This document shows positions 20,580 through 29,729 of a stretch of DNA of 64,000 nucleotides, piece by piece. The DNA is taken from the NCBI GenBank assembly GCA_023444045.1, contig JAEZRQ010000002.1:76102-140101 (forward strand), in the 5' to 3' direction. The notes beneath the pieces were generated by a model. It saw only the letters and a program-made list of their open reading frames with translations, was not told the origin of the DNA and ran no database searches. A program made the position numbers and the translations under genes. The stretch's first letter is position 1. The number at the start of each line of letters is the position of its first letter. Source of the DNA: Candidatus Parcubacteria bacterium (GTDB taxonomy: Bacteria; Patescibacteriota; Patescibacteriia; Patescibacteriales; UBA12465).

Positions 20580-23500
20580 TTATTTATAAATTTCTCTGGC
20601 CTTCTTGCCTTTGTAACCGGTTCCGGCTGGAATCAGGCAACCGATAATAACATTTTCTTTAAGACCCTCTAAATAATCAATCTTACCATTAACTGCCGCC
20701 TCAATTAAAACGCGCGGAGTCTCTTGAAAAGATGCGGCTGATAAGAAAGAATCTGTGGTAAGAGAAGCTTTAGTAATACCCATAAGCAGACGATCAGCTT
20801 TAGCCTCAGTTTCACTTTCTTTGTTAGCTTGATAGAGAACTTCTTCCTCAATAGTTTCGCCTGGAAGTAAGCTTGTTTCGCCAGCATCTTTAACTAAATA
20901 TCTGGAGAACATCTGACGAGCAATGATTTCTACGTGCTTATCATTAAGTGGCTGACCTTGAGACGAATAAACATACTGAATCTCTTTAATAATATATTTT
21001 TGAGTTTCAAGGCGTCCTCTTAATTTATAAAGTTCACGCAAGTCAAGACTACCCTCAGTTAATTGAGTACCTTTTTCAACCACATCACCATCTTTTACCA
21101 TCAACATAGTACCCTTAAGAATCTGGTGCTCTTTAACCTTAGTGACATCTTTAGAAATACTGACATATTTTTCAGAAACTGAAGCGGTACCAGCAGTCTT
21201 TGCCTTAACTGATTCACTGCCAACTTTAAATATCTCCATACCAGCTTTAACTTTCTGACCATCTTCAACCAAAACTTTAACTTCTAATTTCTTTTTATCT
21301 TTAGCGGTAGCACCGGATGACAACTTTACTTCATTTACTTTTTCGGAGAAGTAATATTTATCACTGTCTTTACCTTGGTAAGAAATGCTTAAAATCTTAG
21401 ATTGTGGGTTGTTAACAACAATTTCTTTACCATCCTGATCGCGAATAACTTTTTTATCATATTCTACCTTAACACTACCAGCAACATCAGAAATCAAAGC
21501 TTTTTTCTTAGGGGTGCGGCTTTCAAAAATTTCTTCAACACGTGGCAAACCTTGAGTAATATCATCTGATCCAGCAACACCACCAGTATGGAAGGTTCTC
21601 ATGGTTAACTGAGTACCAGGTTCACCAATTGACTGAGCGGCAATAATACCAACAGTAGCCCCTAATTTAACTGGTTTGTTATAGGCCAAATCATAGCCAT
21701 AACATTTAGCACAGATACCTTTATGTAAGTGACAACTTAAAACAGTTCTGATTTTTACCTCAGTAACACCACTCTCCTTGGCTTCTTTTAAAACCTCTTC
21801 GCTTAAAAGATCGCCAGCCTTAGCAATGGTTTTACCTTTAGCACCCTTTAAATCAGCTACCAAGAAACGGCCAGCAATTTTCTTAAAGAAATCTTCACCG
21901 GCTTTTTCAGTTTCTTCTTTAGTAACTAGCATACCAACAGTATCACCACAGTCCTCTTCGGTGACAATCACATCCTGAGAAACATCAACTAAACGACGGG
22001 TCAAATAACCAGCATTAGCGGTACGTAAAGCGGTATCAGATAAACCTTTACGAGTAGCGTGAGTAGAGAAGAAATATTCAAGTACACCAAATCCTTCTTT
22101 GAAGTTTCCTTTAACTGGTAATTCAATAATTGCACCAGATGGTGAAGTTACCAACCCTTTCATACCTAGAATCTGAACTGGCTGAGCCCAAGAACCACGA
22201 GCACCGGAATCAATCATGGAAAATACTGGTAGAGAATTGGTTAGCCCTTTCTTACAGATATCAGCAATTTGATCTTTAGTTTTAGACCACTCCTCAATAA
22301 CTTTAGCGTAGCGTTCACTGTCAGTTAAAAGACCCTCTTCATATTGCTCTTGGATTAAGTCAACTTTTTTATTAGCCTCCTCAATTAATAAATCTTTCTC
22401 TTTTAAGTCTGGCAAATCACCAAAGCCCCAAGAAAGTCCGGATTTAGTAATAAAGGCAAAACTCTTATTCTTTAAATTATCAATAAATTGAACTGTTTCT
22501 TCTTCAGAATAAAGACGCAAGCATTCCTTAATTAAATCTTTAATTTTACCCTTACCCACAACCTCATTAATAAATCTTAATTTTTCTGGTAAGATTAAAT
22601 TAAAGATTAAACGACCAACAGTAGTTCTCAGTCTTTCGCCTTCCCACTTCACAATAATCGGTTCATGTAAATCAATGAAATTATTATCGTAAGCTAGTTT
22701 TGCTTCGTCATCACTGAAGAAGTGTTTTAAATCACTGTCCTTTTTATCAGCTAAAGCCTTATCTTCAAAAGTCATGTAATAAGTGCCCCAAACGATATCT
22801 TGTGAAGGAGTAACAATCGGTTCACCGGTAGCTGGTTTTAATAAGTTGTGAGAAGAAAGCATGATGTCTTTAGCTTCACGACGAGCTTCGGTTGTCAGGG
22901 GAACATGAACAGCCATTTGGTCACCATCAAAATCAGCGTTAAAAGCGGTACAAACCAGTGGATGAATCTGAATCGCTTTACCTTCAATTAATACTGGTTT
23001 AAAAGCTTGGATACCTAGGCGGTGTAAAGTAGGAGCACGGTTAAGCAGCACATATGACTCCTTAACAGTTTCTTCTAAAATATCCCAAACTTCATCATGT
23101 CCGGCTTCAATATAGCGAGAAGCACTTCTAACATTATGAACAATTTCCCTTTTAATAAGTTGAGAGACAATGAACGGTTTAAATAATTCCAAAGCCATAA
23201 TTTTTGGCAGACCGCATTGATCAAGGTTAAGGCGTGGGTTAACAACGATTACCGAACGTCCGGAATAGTCAACGCGTTTACCAAGTAAGTTCTGACGAAA
23301 ACGACCCTGTTTACCTTTTAAAGCATCAGCTAAGGATTTAAGTTGTCTTTTTTGCCCAGTAGAAGCAGTTACAGTTTTAGAATGACGTGCAGAGTTATCA
23401 ATTAAAGCATCAACCGCTTCCTGCAACATGCGTTTTTCATTACGACAAATAACCTCTGGTGCGTTTAGATCGGTTAGTTGTTTTAAGCGATTATTACGGT

Positions 23501-24497
23501 TGATAACACGGCGATATAAATCATTTAAATCAGAAGCGGCAAAGCGTCCACCATCAAGAGCCACCATCGGACGTAAATCTGGTGGGACTACCGGTAAGAC
23601 AGTCATAATCATCCACTCCGGACGAATATTATTTTTTGCTAGACTCTTAATCAGTTTTAAACGTTTAATTAATTTTTCTTTTTTAGAATCAATGGCGGTA
23701 GTAACTTTTTCCTCAAGCTTATCAATACTCTTCTCTAAATCAATTTTAGATAATAAATCACGAATAGCCTCCGCCCCAATACCAGCTTCAAAAATATGAC
23801 CAAATTTTAAACTTAAATTTTGGTATTGTTGTTCAGAAATAATAAGAAGCGGCTTAAGTTCTTTTAACTCTTTTAGAGTGGCATTAAAATCTTCATCCAA
23901 CTTCTCAATTTTTTCGTCACGTTCTTTATTTAAAGCTTTAAGATCAGCTCCCTTAGCTTCATTTTCTGTTTTATTTTTTAACTTGTGCTGATAATCATTT
24001 TCAATATTCTTTCTTTTAGATTTATATTCCTGTTTAATTTGCTCAATAGTAGCCTCCTTTAAATCCTCATCTACAGCTGTAACGATGAAACTAGCAAAGT
24101 AAATAACTTTCTCCAGAGACTGAATGCCTAAGTTAAGCAGTAATCCAATTTTTGAAGAGATACCGCGCAGGAACCAAATGTGAGTACAAGGGATCTGTAA
24201 ATTGATATGGCCCATACGTTCACGTCTGACAACGCTTCTAGTTACTTCAACACCACATTTATCACAAACAATGCCTTTGTAACGGATTTTTTTGTACTTA
24301 CCGCAAGCACACTCCCAGTCTTTGGTTGGACCAAATATTTTTTCACAAAACAAACCATCGCGCTCTGGTTTTTGGGTGCGGTAGTTGATTGTTTCCGGTT
24401 TAGTGACCTCGCCATGAGACCAAGCTTCAATTTCTTCTGGTGAAGCTAACTTTAAACGAATGGCATCGAAGTCGCTAGTTTTTATAGGGTTTAGCAT
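20580..24497 (-). CDS. rpoC: DNA-directed RNA polymerase beta' subunit
   Basis: NADFDGD catalytic motif, Zn-binding Cys cluster, 1305 aa. Confidence 0.97.
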   Translation of the reverse strand: MLNPIKTSDFDAIRLKLASPEEIEAWSHGEVTKPETINYRTQKPERDGLFCEKIFGPTKDWECACGKYKKIRYKGIVCDKCGVEVTRSVVRRERMGHINLQIPCTHIWFLRGISSKIGLLLNLGIQSLEKVIYFASFIVTAVDEDLKEATIEQIKQEYKSKRKNIENDYQHKLKNKTENEAKGADLKALNKERDEKIEKLDEDFNATLKELKELKPLLIISEQQYQNLSLKFGHIFEAGIGAEAIRDLLSKIDLEKSIDKLEEKVTTAIDSKKEKLIKRLKLIKSLAKNNIRPEWMIMTVLPVVPPDLRPMVALDGGRFAASDLNDLYRRVINRNNRLKQLTDLNAPEVICRNEKRMLQEAVDALIDNSARHSKTVTASTGQKRQLKSLADALKGKQGRFRQNLLGKRVDYSGRSVIVVNPRLNLDQCGLPKIMALELFKPFIVSQLIKREIVHNVRSASRYIEAGHDEVWDILEETVKESYVLLNRAPTLHRLGIQAFKPVLIEGKAIQIHPLVCTAFNADFDGDQMAVHVPLTTEARREAKDIMLSSHNLLKPATGEPIVTPSQDIVWGTYYMTFEDKALADKKDSDLKHFFSDDEAKLAYDNNFIDLHEPIIVKWEGERLRTTVGRLIFNLILPEKLRFINEVVGKGKIKDLIKECLRLYSEEETVQFIDNLKNKSFAFITKSGLSWGFGDLPDLKEKDLLIEEANKKVDLIQEQYEEGLLTDSERYAKVIEEWSKTKDQIADICKKGLTNSLPVFSMIDSGARGSWAQPVQILGMKGLVTSPSGAIIELPVKGNFKEGFGVLEYFFSTHATRKGLSDTALRTANAGYLTRRLVDVSQDVIVTEEDCGDTVGMLVTKEETEKAGEDFFKKIAGRFLVADLKGAKGKTIAKAGDLLSEEVLKEAKESGVTEVKIRTVLSCHLHKGICAKCYGYDLAYNKPVKLGATVGIIAAQSIGEPGTQLTMRTFHTGGVAGSDDITQGLPRVEEIFESRTPKKKALISDVAGSVKVEYDKKVIRDQDGKEIVVNNPQSKILSISYQGKDSDKYYFSEKVNEVKLSSGATAKDKKKLEVKVLVEDGQKVKAGMEIFKVGSESVKAKTAGTASVSEKYVSISKDVTKVKEHQILKGTMLMVKDGDVVEKGTQLTEGSLDLRELYKLRGRLETQKYIIKEIQYVYSSQGQPLNDKHVEIIARQMFSRYLVKDAGETSLLPGETIEEEVLYQANKESETEAKADRLLMGITKASLTTDSFLSAASFQETPRVLIEAAVNGKIDYLEGLKENVIIGCLIPAGTGYKGKKAREIYK

Positions 24498-24530
24498 ATT
24501 ATTTTAATTCGATATTTATTAAAAAGTTTT

Positions 24531-27500
24531 TTATTCTTCACCCAAAGAATTATCTACTTCTGTTGAATCAACAGCGGCAATTATTTCTGGTGCTTCTATT
24601 TCATATTTATCATCTTTTTTTTCTTCGCCATCTTTAAGTGTCATATCAGCCTCAGCAATTAACTCATCTTCTGAAGAAATTACTTCACTAGCAGCAATGC
24701 CACCTTTACTCAATAATTCTACGTTTAAGCCAAGACCTTTAAGTTCACGAATTAAAACGTTAAATGACTCTGGAACATTAAGTTTTTCAATCTGCTCACC
24801 CTTAATAATACTTTCATAAGCCTTACTGCGGCCAGGAACGTCATCAGACTTAATAGTTAACATCTCTTGTAAAGTGTGAGAGGCGCCATAACCTTCAAGA
24901 GCCCATACTTCCATTTCACCAAAACGCTGACCACCAAATTGAGCTTTTCCACCTAAAGGTTGTTGCGTAATTAAAGAGTAAGGACCAATTGATCGTTGGT
25001 GGATTTTATCTTCCACCATATGGTTAAGCTTTAAGACATATTTATAACCAACTGTAATAGTATTATCATAAGGGGTACCGGTTTTACCGTCATAAAGAGT
25101 AACCTTACCATCTTCTGGTAACCCAGCTTTTTTTAACTCCCCTTTAATTTGATCTTCAGAAATACCATCTAAGGCCGGAGTAGCCACTTTATAACCTAAT
25201 TTTTTAGCCGCAAAGCCTAGGTGAGTTTCCAGCAACTGTCCCAAGTTCATACGAGAGATAATACCGAGTGGCGAAAGGATAATATCAATTGGAGTTCCAT
25301 CGGCCATATAAGGCATATCTTCAACGGGAACGACTTTAGAAATAACCCCTTTATTACCATGACGACCGGACATTTTATCACCAACCTGAATCTTTCTTAA
25401 ATTAGCGACAGAAACTTGAATAGATTTTAAAACTCCAGCTGACAATTTATCACCTTCCTCACGAGAGAAAACTTTTACGTCAACCACTTTTCCGTGTTCA
25501 CCATGCTCTAAATACAAGGAAGAGTCACGAACATCTTTAGCTTTTTCACCAAAAATAGCTCGCAACAATTTTTCTTCAGCTGATAAAGTAGTTTCACCTT
25601 TTGGAGTAATTTTACCAACTAAAATATCACCGGAAGAAACTTCAGCGCCAATTCGGATAATACCATCTTCATCTAAGTTCTTTAATTTCTCCTCACTAAT
25701 ATTTGGAATATCATTAGTAATAACCTCTGGACCAAGTTTAGTGTCGCGAACATCAATAGTGTAATTTTCAATACTAATTGAAGAGAATGTATCTTCACGA
25801 ACTAAACGTTCAGAAATAATCACCGCATCTTCATAATTAAAACCTTCCCAGGTCATGAAAGCCACTAAAACATTGCGACCTAAAGATAATTCACCATTAT
25901 CAATCGCCGGACCATCAGACATGATCTGACCAGCAACCACTTTATCGCCGACATTAACAATCGGATGTTGGTTAATACAGGTAGAAGAATTGGATCTTAA
26001 AAATTTATTAAGTGGGTATTTAACTACTTGCCCCTTTTTACCTTCAACATCAATTTCTAAACCATCAGCACGAGTAACAATCCCATCTATAGCCGAAACT
26101 ACTACGTGACCACTATCACGAGCCGCTCTAGCTTCCATGCCAGTACCAACAATCGGGGCCTCGGCTTTAATTAGAGGGACTGCCTGACGTTGCATGTTGG
26201 TGCCCATCAAAGATCTCTGACCATCGTTATGTTCCATGAAAGGAATTAAAGAGGTGGCCACTGAAATAATCTGGTTAGCAGCGACACCGACAAAATCTAT
26301 TTTATCAGTATCTTCAACACTTGGTTGGCCATTTTTTCTAACTTCAAATTTGTGAACTAAAATTTTTCCATTTTCATCAGTTGGAATGGTACAGTCAGCG
26401 GTGGTATATTTCTCTTCTTCAAAAGCATCCATGTAAATAATATCTGAAGTCACTCGGCTACCAGTTTTTTCATGAATTACTTTACGATATGGAGTTTCTA
26501 AAAAGCCGTAACTATTTAATTTTGCATAAGTAGCTAAGTGTCCGACTAAACCAATATTTGGACCTTCAGGAGTAGCAATCGGACAAATTCTGCCATAGTG
26601 AGTAGAGTGCACATCGCGAACATCAAAACCAGCGCGTTCACGAGTTAAACCACCAGGACCCATCGCTGATAAACGGCGTTTATGTTCTAACTCAGCTAGT
26701 GGATTAACTTGATCCATGAACTGAGATAATTGTGAAGACATGAAGAATTCTTTAACCACCCCGATAACTGGACGAGCATTAATTAATTTAGTGGCTGTTA
26801 AAGTAGCAATATCTGAAGTAGACATGCGGTCTTTGATGATACGTTCCATGCGGGCAAGACCAACTCTGAATCTAGTTTGAATTAAACCACCAATTGCTCT
26901 AACACGACGATTACCCAAATGGTCAATATCGTCTTCTGGTTCTTTAGTAATATTTAATCTGATTACTTCACGAATAATTAATACTAAATCCTCTTTGCGT
27001 AAAACTCTATTTTCTTTTTTGTTAGCCAGATCTAAACCAAAGCGACGATTTAATTTATATCTACCAACACGACCAAAATCGTAACGATCAAAACGGAAGA
27101 ACATGGAGTGAATTAGTTGTCTGGCATTCTCTACCGAAGCCAAATCACCGGGACGAATACGACGATAAACCTCTTGTAAACCATCAGCTTCATTTTTAGC
27201 AGCATCCTTTTCAATTGTCGCCTCTATAAATGTTTTTTCTTCAGGACTCTTAACTAAATCAATGTCTTTAAATAATTTAATAATCTCTTCATCTGTTTCA
27301 TAACCAAAAGCACGAAGTAATGAAGTAACGGCTACTTTCCTCTTACGGTCAATACGCACCCAAATAACCTTATTGGGGTCAGTTTCAATTTCCAACCAGG
27401 CGCCACGATTAGGAATAATTTTAGCACCATAACATTTTTTACCCTTAGTAAACTCAGCGGTAAACATTACACCCGCGCTACGGATTAATTGGGAAACGAC

Positions 27501-27902
27501 AACTCTCTCAATACCATTAATAATAAAGGTTCCCTTATCGGTCATCAAAGGAAAATCACCAAGATAAACTTCTTGGCTCACTGATTGATCAGTCTTCTTA
27601 TTTACTAAACGAGTTTTAACACGTAAAGGAGCCTCATAGGTAATATTTTTCTGGCGGCTTTCAGTTTCGTTAAACTTGGGCTCATCTAAATAATAATCTT
27701 CAAAATATAATTCTAGATCACGGCCGATGAAATCAGTTACTGGATTAATTTCTTCAAATAACTCAGCCAGGCCTTCATCTAAAAACCATTTGTAGGAGTC
27801 TTTTTGAATCTCAATTAACTCCGGCATGGGCATAACCTCTTGTTGGGCGTTAAAAAATTGACGTGCAACAATCTTTTTATCCACGGTTTGTGTTTTGGGC
27901 AT
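24531..27902 (-). CDS. rpoB: DNA-directed RNA polymerase beta subunit
   Basis: Typical beta-subunit conserved blocks (…GRHGNKGV…, …QFGGQRFGEMEVWALE…), 1123 aa. Confidence 0.97.
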   Translation of the reverse strand: MPKTQTVDKKIVARQFFNAQQEVMPMPELIEIQKDSYKWFLDEGLAELFEEINPVTDFIGRDLELYFEDYYLDEPKFNETESRQKNITYEAPLRVKTRLVNKKTDQSVSQEVYLGDFPLMTDKGTFIINGIERVVVSQLIRSAGVMFTAEFTKGKKCYGAKIIPNRGAWLEIETDPNKVIWVRIDRKRKVAVTSLLRAFGYETDEEIIKLFKDIDLVKSPEEKTFIEATIEKDAAKNEADGLQEVYRRIRPGDLASVENARQLIHSMFFRFDRYDFGRVGRYKLNRRFGLDLANKKENRVLRKEDLVLIIREVIRLNITKEPEDDIDHLGNRRVRAIGGLIQTRFRVGLARMERIIKDRMSTSDIATLTATKLINARPVIGVVKEFFMSSQLSQFMDQVNPLAELEHKRRLSAMGPGGLTRERAGFDVRDVHSTHYGRICPIATPEGPNIGLVGHLATYAKLNSYGFLETPYRKVIHEKTGSRVTSDIIYMDAFEEEKYTTADCTIPTDENGKILVHKFEVRKNGQPSVEDTDKIDFVGVAANQIISVATSLIPFMEHNDGQRSLMGTNMQRQAVPLIKAEAPIVGTGMEARAARDSGHVVVSAIDGIVTRADGLEIDVEGKKGQVVKYPLNKFLRSNSSTCINQHPIVNVGDKVVAGQIMSDGPAIDNGELSLGRNVLVAFMTWEGFNYEDAVIISERLVREDTFSSISIENYTIDVRDTKLGPEVITNDIPNISEEKLKNLDEDGIIRIGAEVSSGDILVGKITPKGETTLSAEEKLLRAIFGEKAKDVRDSSLYLEHGEHGKVVDVKVFSREEGDKLSAGVLKSIQVSVANLRKIQVGDKMSGRHGNKGVISKVVPVEDMPYMADGTPIDIILSPLGIISRMNLGQLLETHLGFAAKKLGYKVATPALDGISEDQIKGELKKAGLPEDGKVTLYDGKTGTPYDNTITVGYKYVLKLNHMVEDKIHQRSIGPYSLITQQPLGGKAQFGGQRFGEMEVWALEGYGASHTLQEMLTIKSDDVPGRSKAYESIIKGEQIEKLNVPESFNVLIRELKGLGLNVELLSKGGIAASEVISSEDELIAEADMTLKDGEEKKDDKYEIEAPEIIAAVDSTEVDNSLGEE

Positions 27903-28139
27903 AGTATTCCAAATAAATTTTATTTAGCAAAAAAATCCTAAGCTCCTTTTCCGGGAACTTAAGCTTGAGACTCGTTATTCAATTAACTTGCGAAGAGGTA
28001 AGTCACTGGGGCAAAAAAGTTATTGAATTAACCACTTTAAAGCGCAGACAACAAAAAAAACAGATTTGGTCTTTTTTGTTTTGACGCCTAATCTACCGTT
28101 TATATCTAGTTTTATCTAGTAGTTTAAATTGTGATTTTT

Positions 28140-28168
28140 ATTATATGATAATTTTTTTATTCTGTCAA
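28140..28168 (-). promoter_or_regulatory. consensus sigma70-type promoter upstream of rpoB
   Basis: Minus strand reads TTGACA, a 17-nt spacer, then TATAAT (both hexamers perfect). This implies a ~230-nt rpoB leader. Confidence 0.6.
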
Positions 28169-28224
28169 CGGACACTCAATACACATTTTATCCACAATTA
28201 GCCAAGAAATGGTAGTTATTCCTC

Positions 28225-29658
28225 TTATTCTCCAGTTTTTTCTTTTATTTTAGCCAATTCCTCCCGAACAATTCGTCTGTCATCCCAAGGAATTTTCTTA
28301 CCGTTAGCTAAACAAATATACTGCTCGGCACCCTTTCCAGTTATTAAAACTAAGTCATCAGTTTCAGCTAATTCTAAGGCCCTAGCAATTGCCTCCCGAC
28401 GGTCACTAATTTTAAATAAATTACCCCCTAATTGTTTGCCAGCCGTCTCCGCACCAGCGGCAACCTGATTAATAATTAGTTCTGGATCTTCATCATAAGG
28501 GTCCTCGTTAGTGACAATAACAAAGTCAGCTTTTTCTCCAGCGATTTTCCCTAAAACCGGACGGCGATCCTGATCGCGGCCACCACCACAGGAACCAAGC
28601 AAATGAATAACTTTGTTTTTCGGAAGCACGTCAACGACTTGATACATTTTTTTCATCGCTCGCGGTTCAAAAGAGTAATCAACAATAATTTTAAAATCCT
28701 GACCTAAATCAATTGTTTCCATTTTTCCCGACAAACAAGTAACGCCCTCTAGTCCACTTTTAACTTGTTCAAAAGATAGCCCCTGACTAAAACCAACCAA
28801 AGCAGCGTTAACGGCGTTAAAGGCATTAAAATTTCCTAGCAGTTTTAAATTAATTATTTCATTATTAAAGTCAAATACTGTTCCTTCGGAACTAGTGATA
28901 ATATTGCCAAATTGGTAAACTTGGCTGTTTTTTAGAATCTTGTCCTCGCCACCACGTTCCATAAAAGAGTCTAAATTAAAGTTTTGATCAGTGGTGTAAA
29001 TAAGTTGTTCCTCACTCCAAAAACTTAAGAAATATGGGGCGTGCTCATCATCACCATTTATAACCACTGTTTTCTTAACTTTAGTATAATCTAATTTCTT
29101 TAAAGCAGTTTTAGGATGACTGACTACTTTATGATCATCAACATATTTAGACTGGCACTTCTTCAGATGGGCAAATAAAAGCCCTTTAGCCTCCTTATAT
29201 TTTTGAAAACCACCATGGCTCTCTAAATGTTCTGGATAAAGACCAGTAAAAACCAATACGTCATAATTAATAAATTGGTGACGGAATTGTTTAATTCCCT
29301 CAGAAGTAGTTTCTACAATGGCATACTGACAGCGATTAGCAACCATGCGACGCAAAATTTTCTGGACAAAAAAACGTCCTGGCATGGTCATTTTTTTGTC
29401 ATTTAACCACTCTCTTTTACCATCATCAAACATGGCGGTTGAAGTGTAGCCAACATTATAACCAGCGGATTCCAGCATTTTAGCAATAAAATAAACAGTA
29501 GAGGTTTTGCCGGCCGTTCCGGTGACACCGATAACAATCAAATTGCGACTGGGATAGCGATACCAAAAAGCGGCGGCGGCGGCCATTAGATAATGATAAA
29601 GGGGTTGGATTTTTTTAAATAATTTTACCGGAATTAACTTTTTTATAAATGAAATCAT
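28225..29658 (-). CDS. murE: Mur ligase family protein, MurE-like (UDP-MurNAc-tripeptide synthetase)
   Basis: P-loop GVTGTAGKTST and the NEDPYDEDP variant of the MurE DNPR motif. Confidence 0.7.
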   Translation of the reverse strand: MISFIKKLIPVKLFKKIQPLYHYLMAAAAAFWYRYPSRNLIVIGVTGTAGKTSTVYFIAKMLESAGYNVGYTSTAMFDDGKREWLNDKKMTMPGRFFVQKILRRMVANRCQYAIVETTSEGIKQFRHQFINYDVLVFTGLYPEHLESHGGFQKYKEAKGLLFAHLKKCQSKYVDDHKVVSHPKTALKKLDYTKVKKTVVINGDDEHAPYFLSFWSEEQLIYTTDQNFNLDSFMERGGEDKILKNSQVYQFGNIITSSEGTVFDFNNEIINLKLLGNFNAFNAVNAALVGFSQGLSFEQVKSGLEGVTCLSGKMETIDLGQDFKIIVDYSFEPRAMKKMYQVVDVLPKNKVIHLLGSCGGGRDQDRRPVLGKIAGEKADFVIVTNEDPYDEDPELIINQVAAGAETAGKQLGGNLFKISDRREAIARALELAETDDLVLITGKGAEQYICLANGKKIPWDDRRIVREELAKIKEKTGE

Positions 29659-29696
29659 ATATTTATAGACTACCAGTATAGCAGAAAAAAGAAAAA

Positions 29697-29727
29697 TTAA
29701 AACCCGACTTAAAAAATCGGGTTTTTA
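29697..29727 (-). terminator. intrinsic terminator after ftsK
   Basis: aaaacccgacttaaaaaatcgggttttt hairpin with flanking A and U runs. Confidence 0.65.
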
Positions 29728-29729
29728 GT

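Noticed and set aside
23428-23799. 123-aa plus-strand ORF and other short ORFs within rpoC, rpoB, leuS, lepA, murJ, pnp, polA and elsewhere
   Set aside because: All are fully nested antisense or out of frame within well-supported conserved CDSs.
27903-28139. The ~230-nt rpoB leader as a ribosomal-protein-type autoregulatory leader
   Set aside because: Only a modest 7-bp AUUCAAU/AUUGAAU helix was seen, and no rplJ/rplL genes are adjacent. The evidence is insufficient for any specific element.
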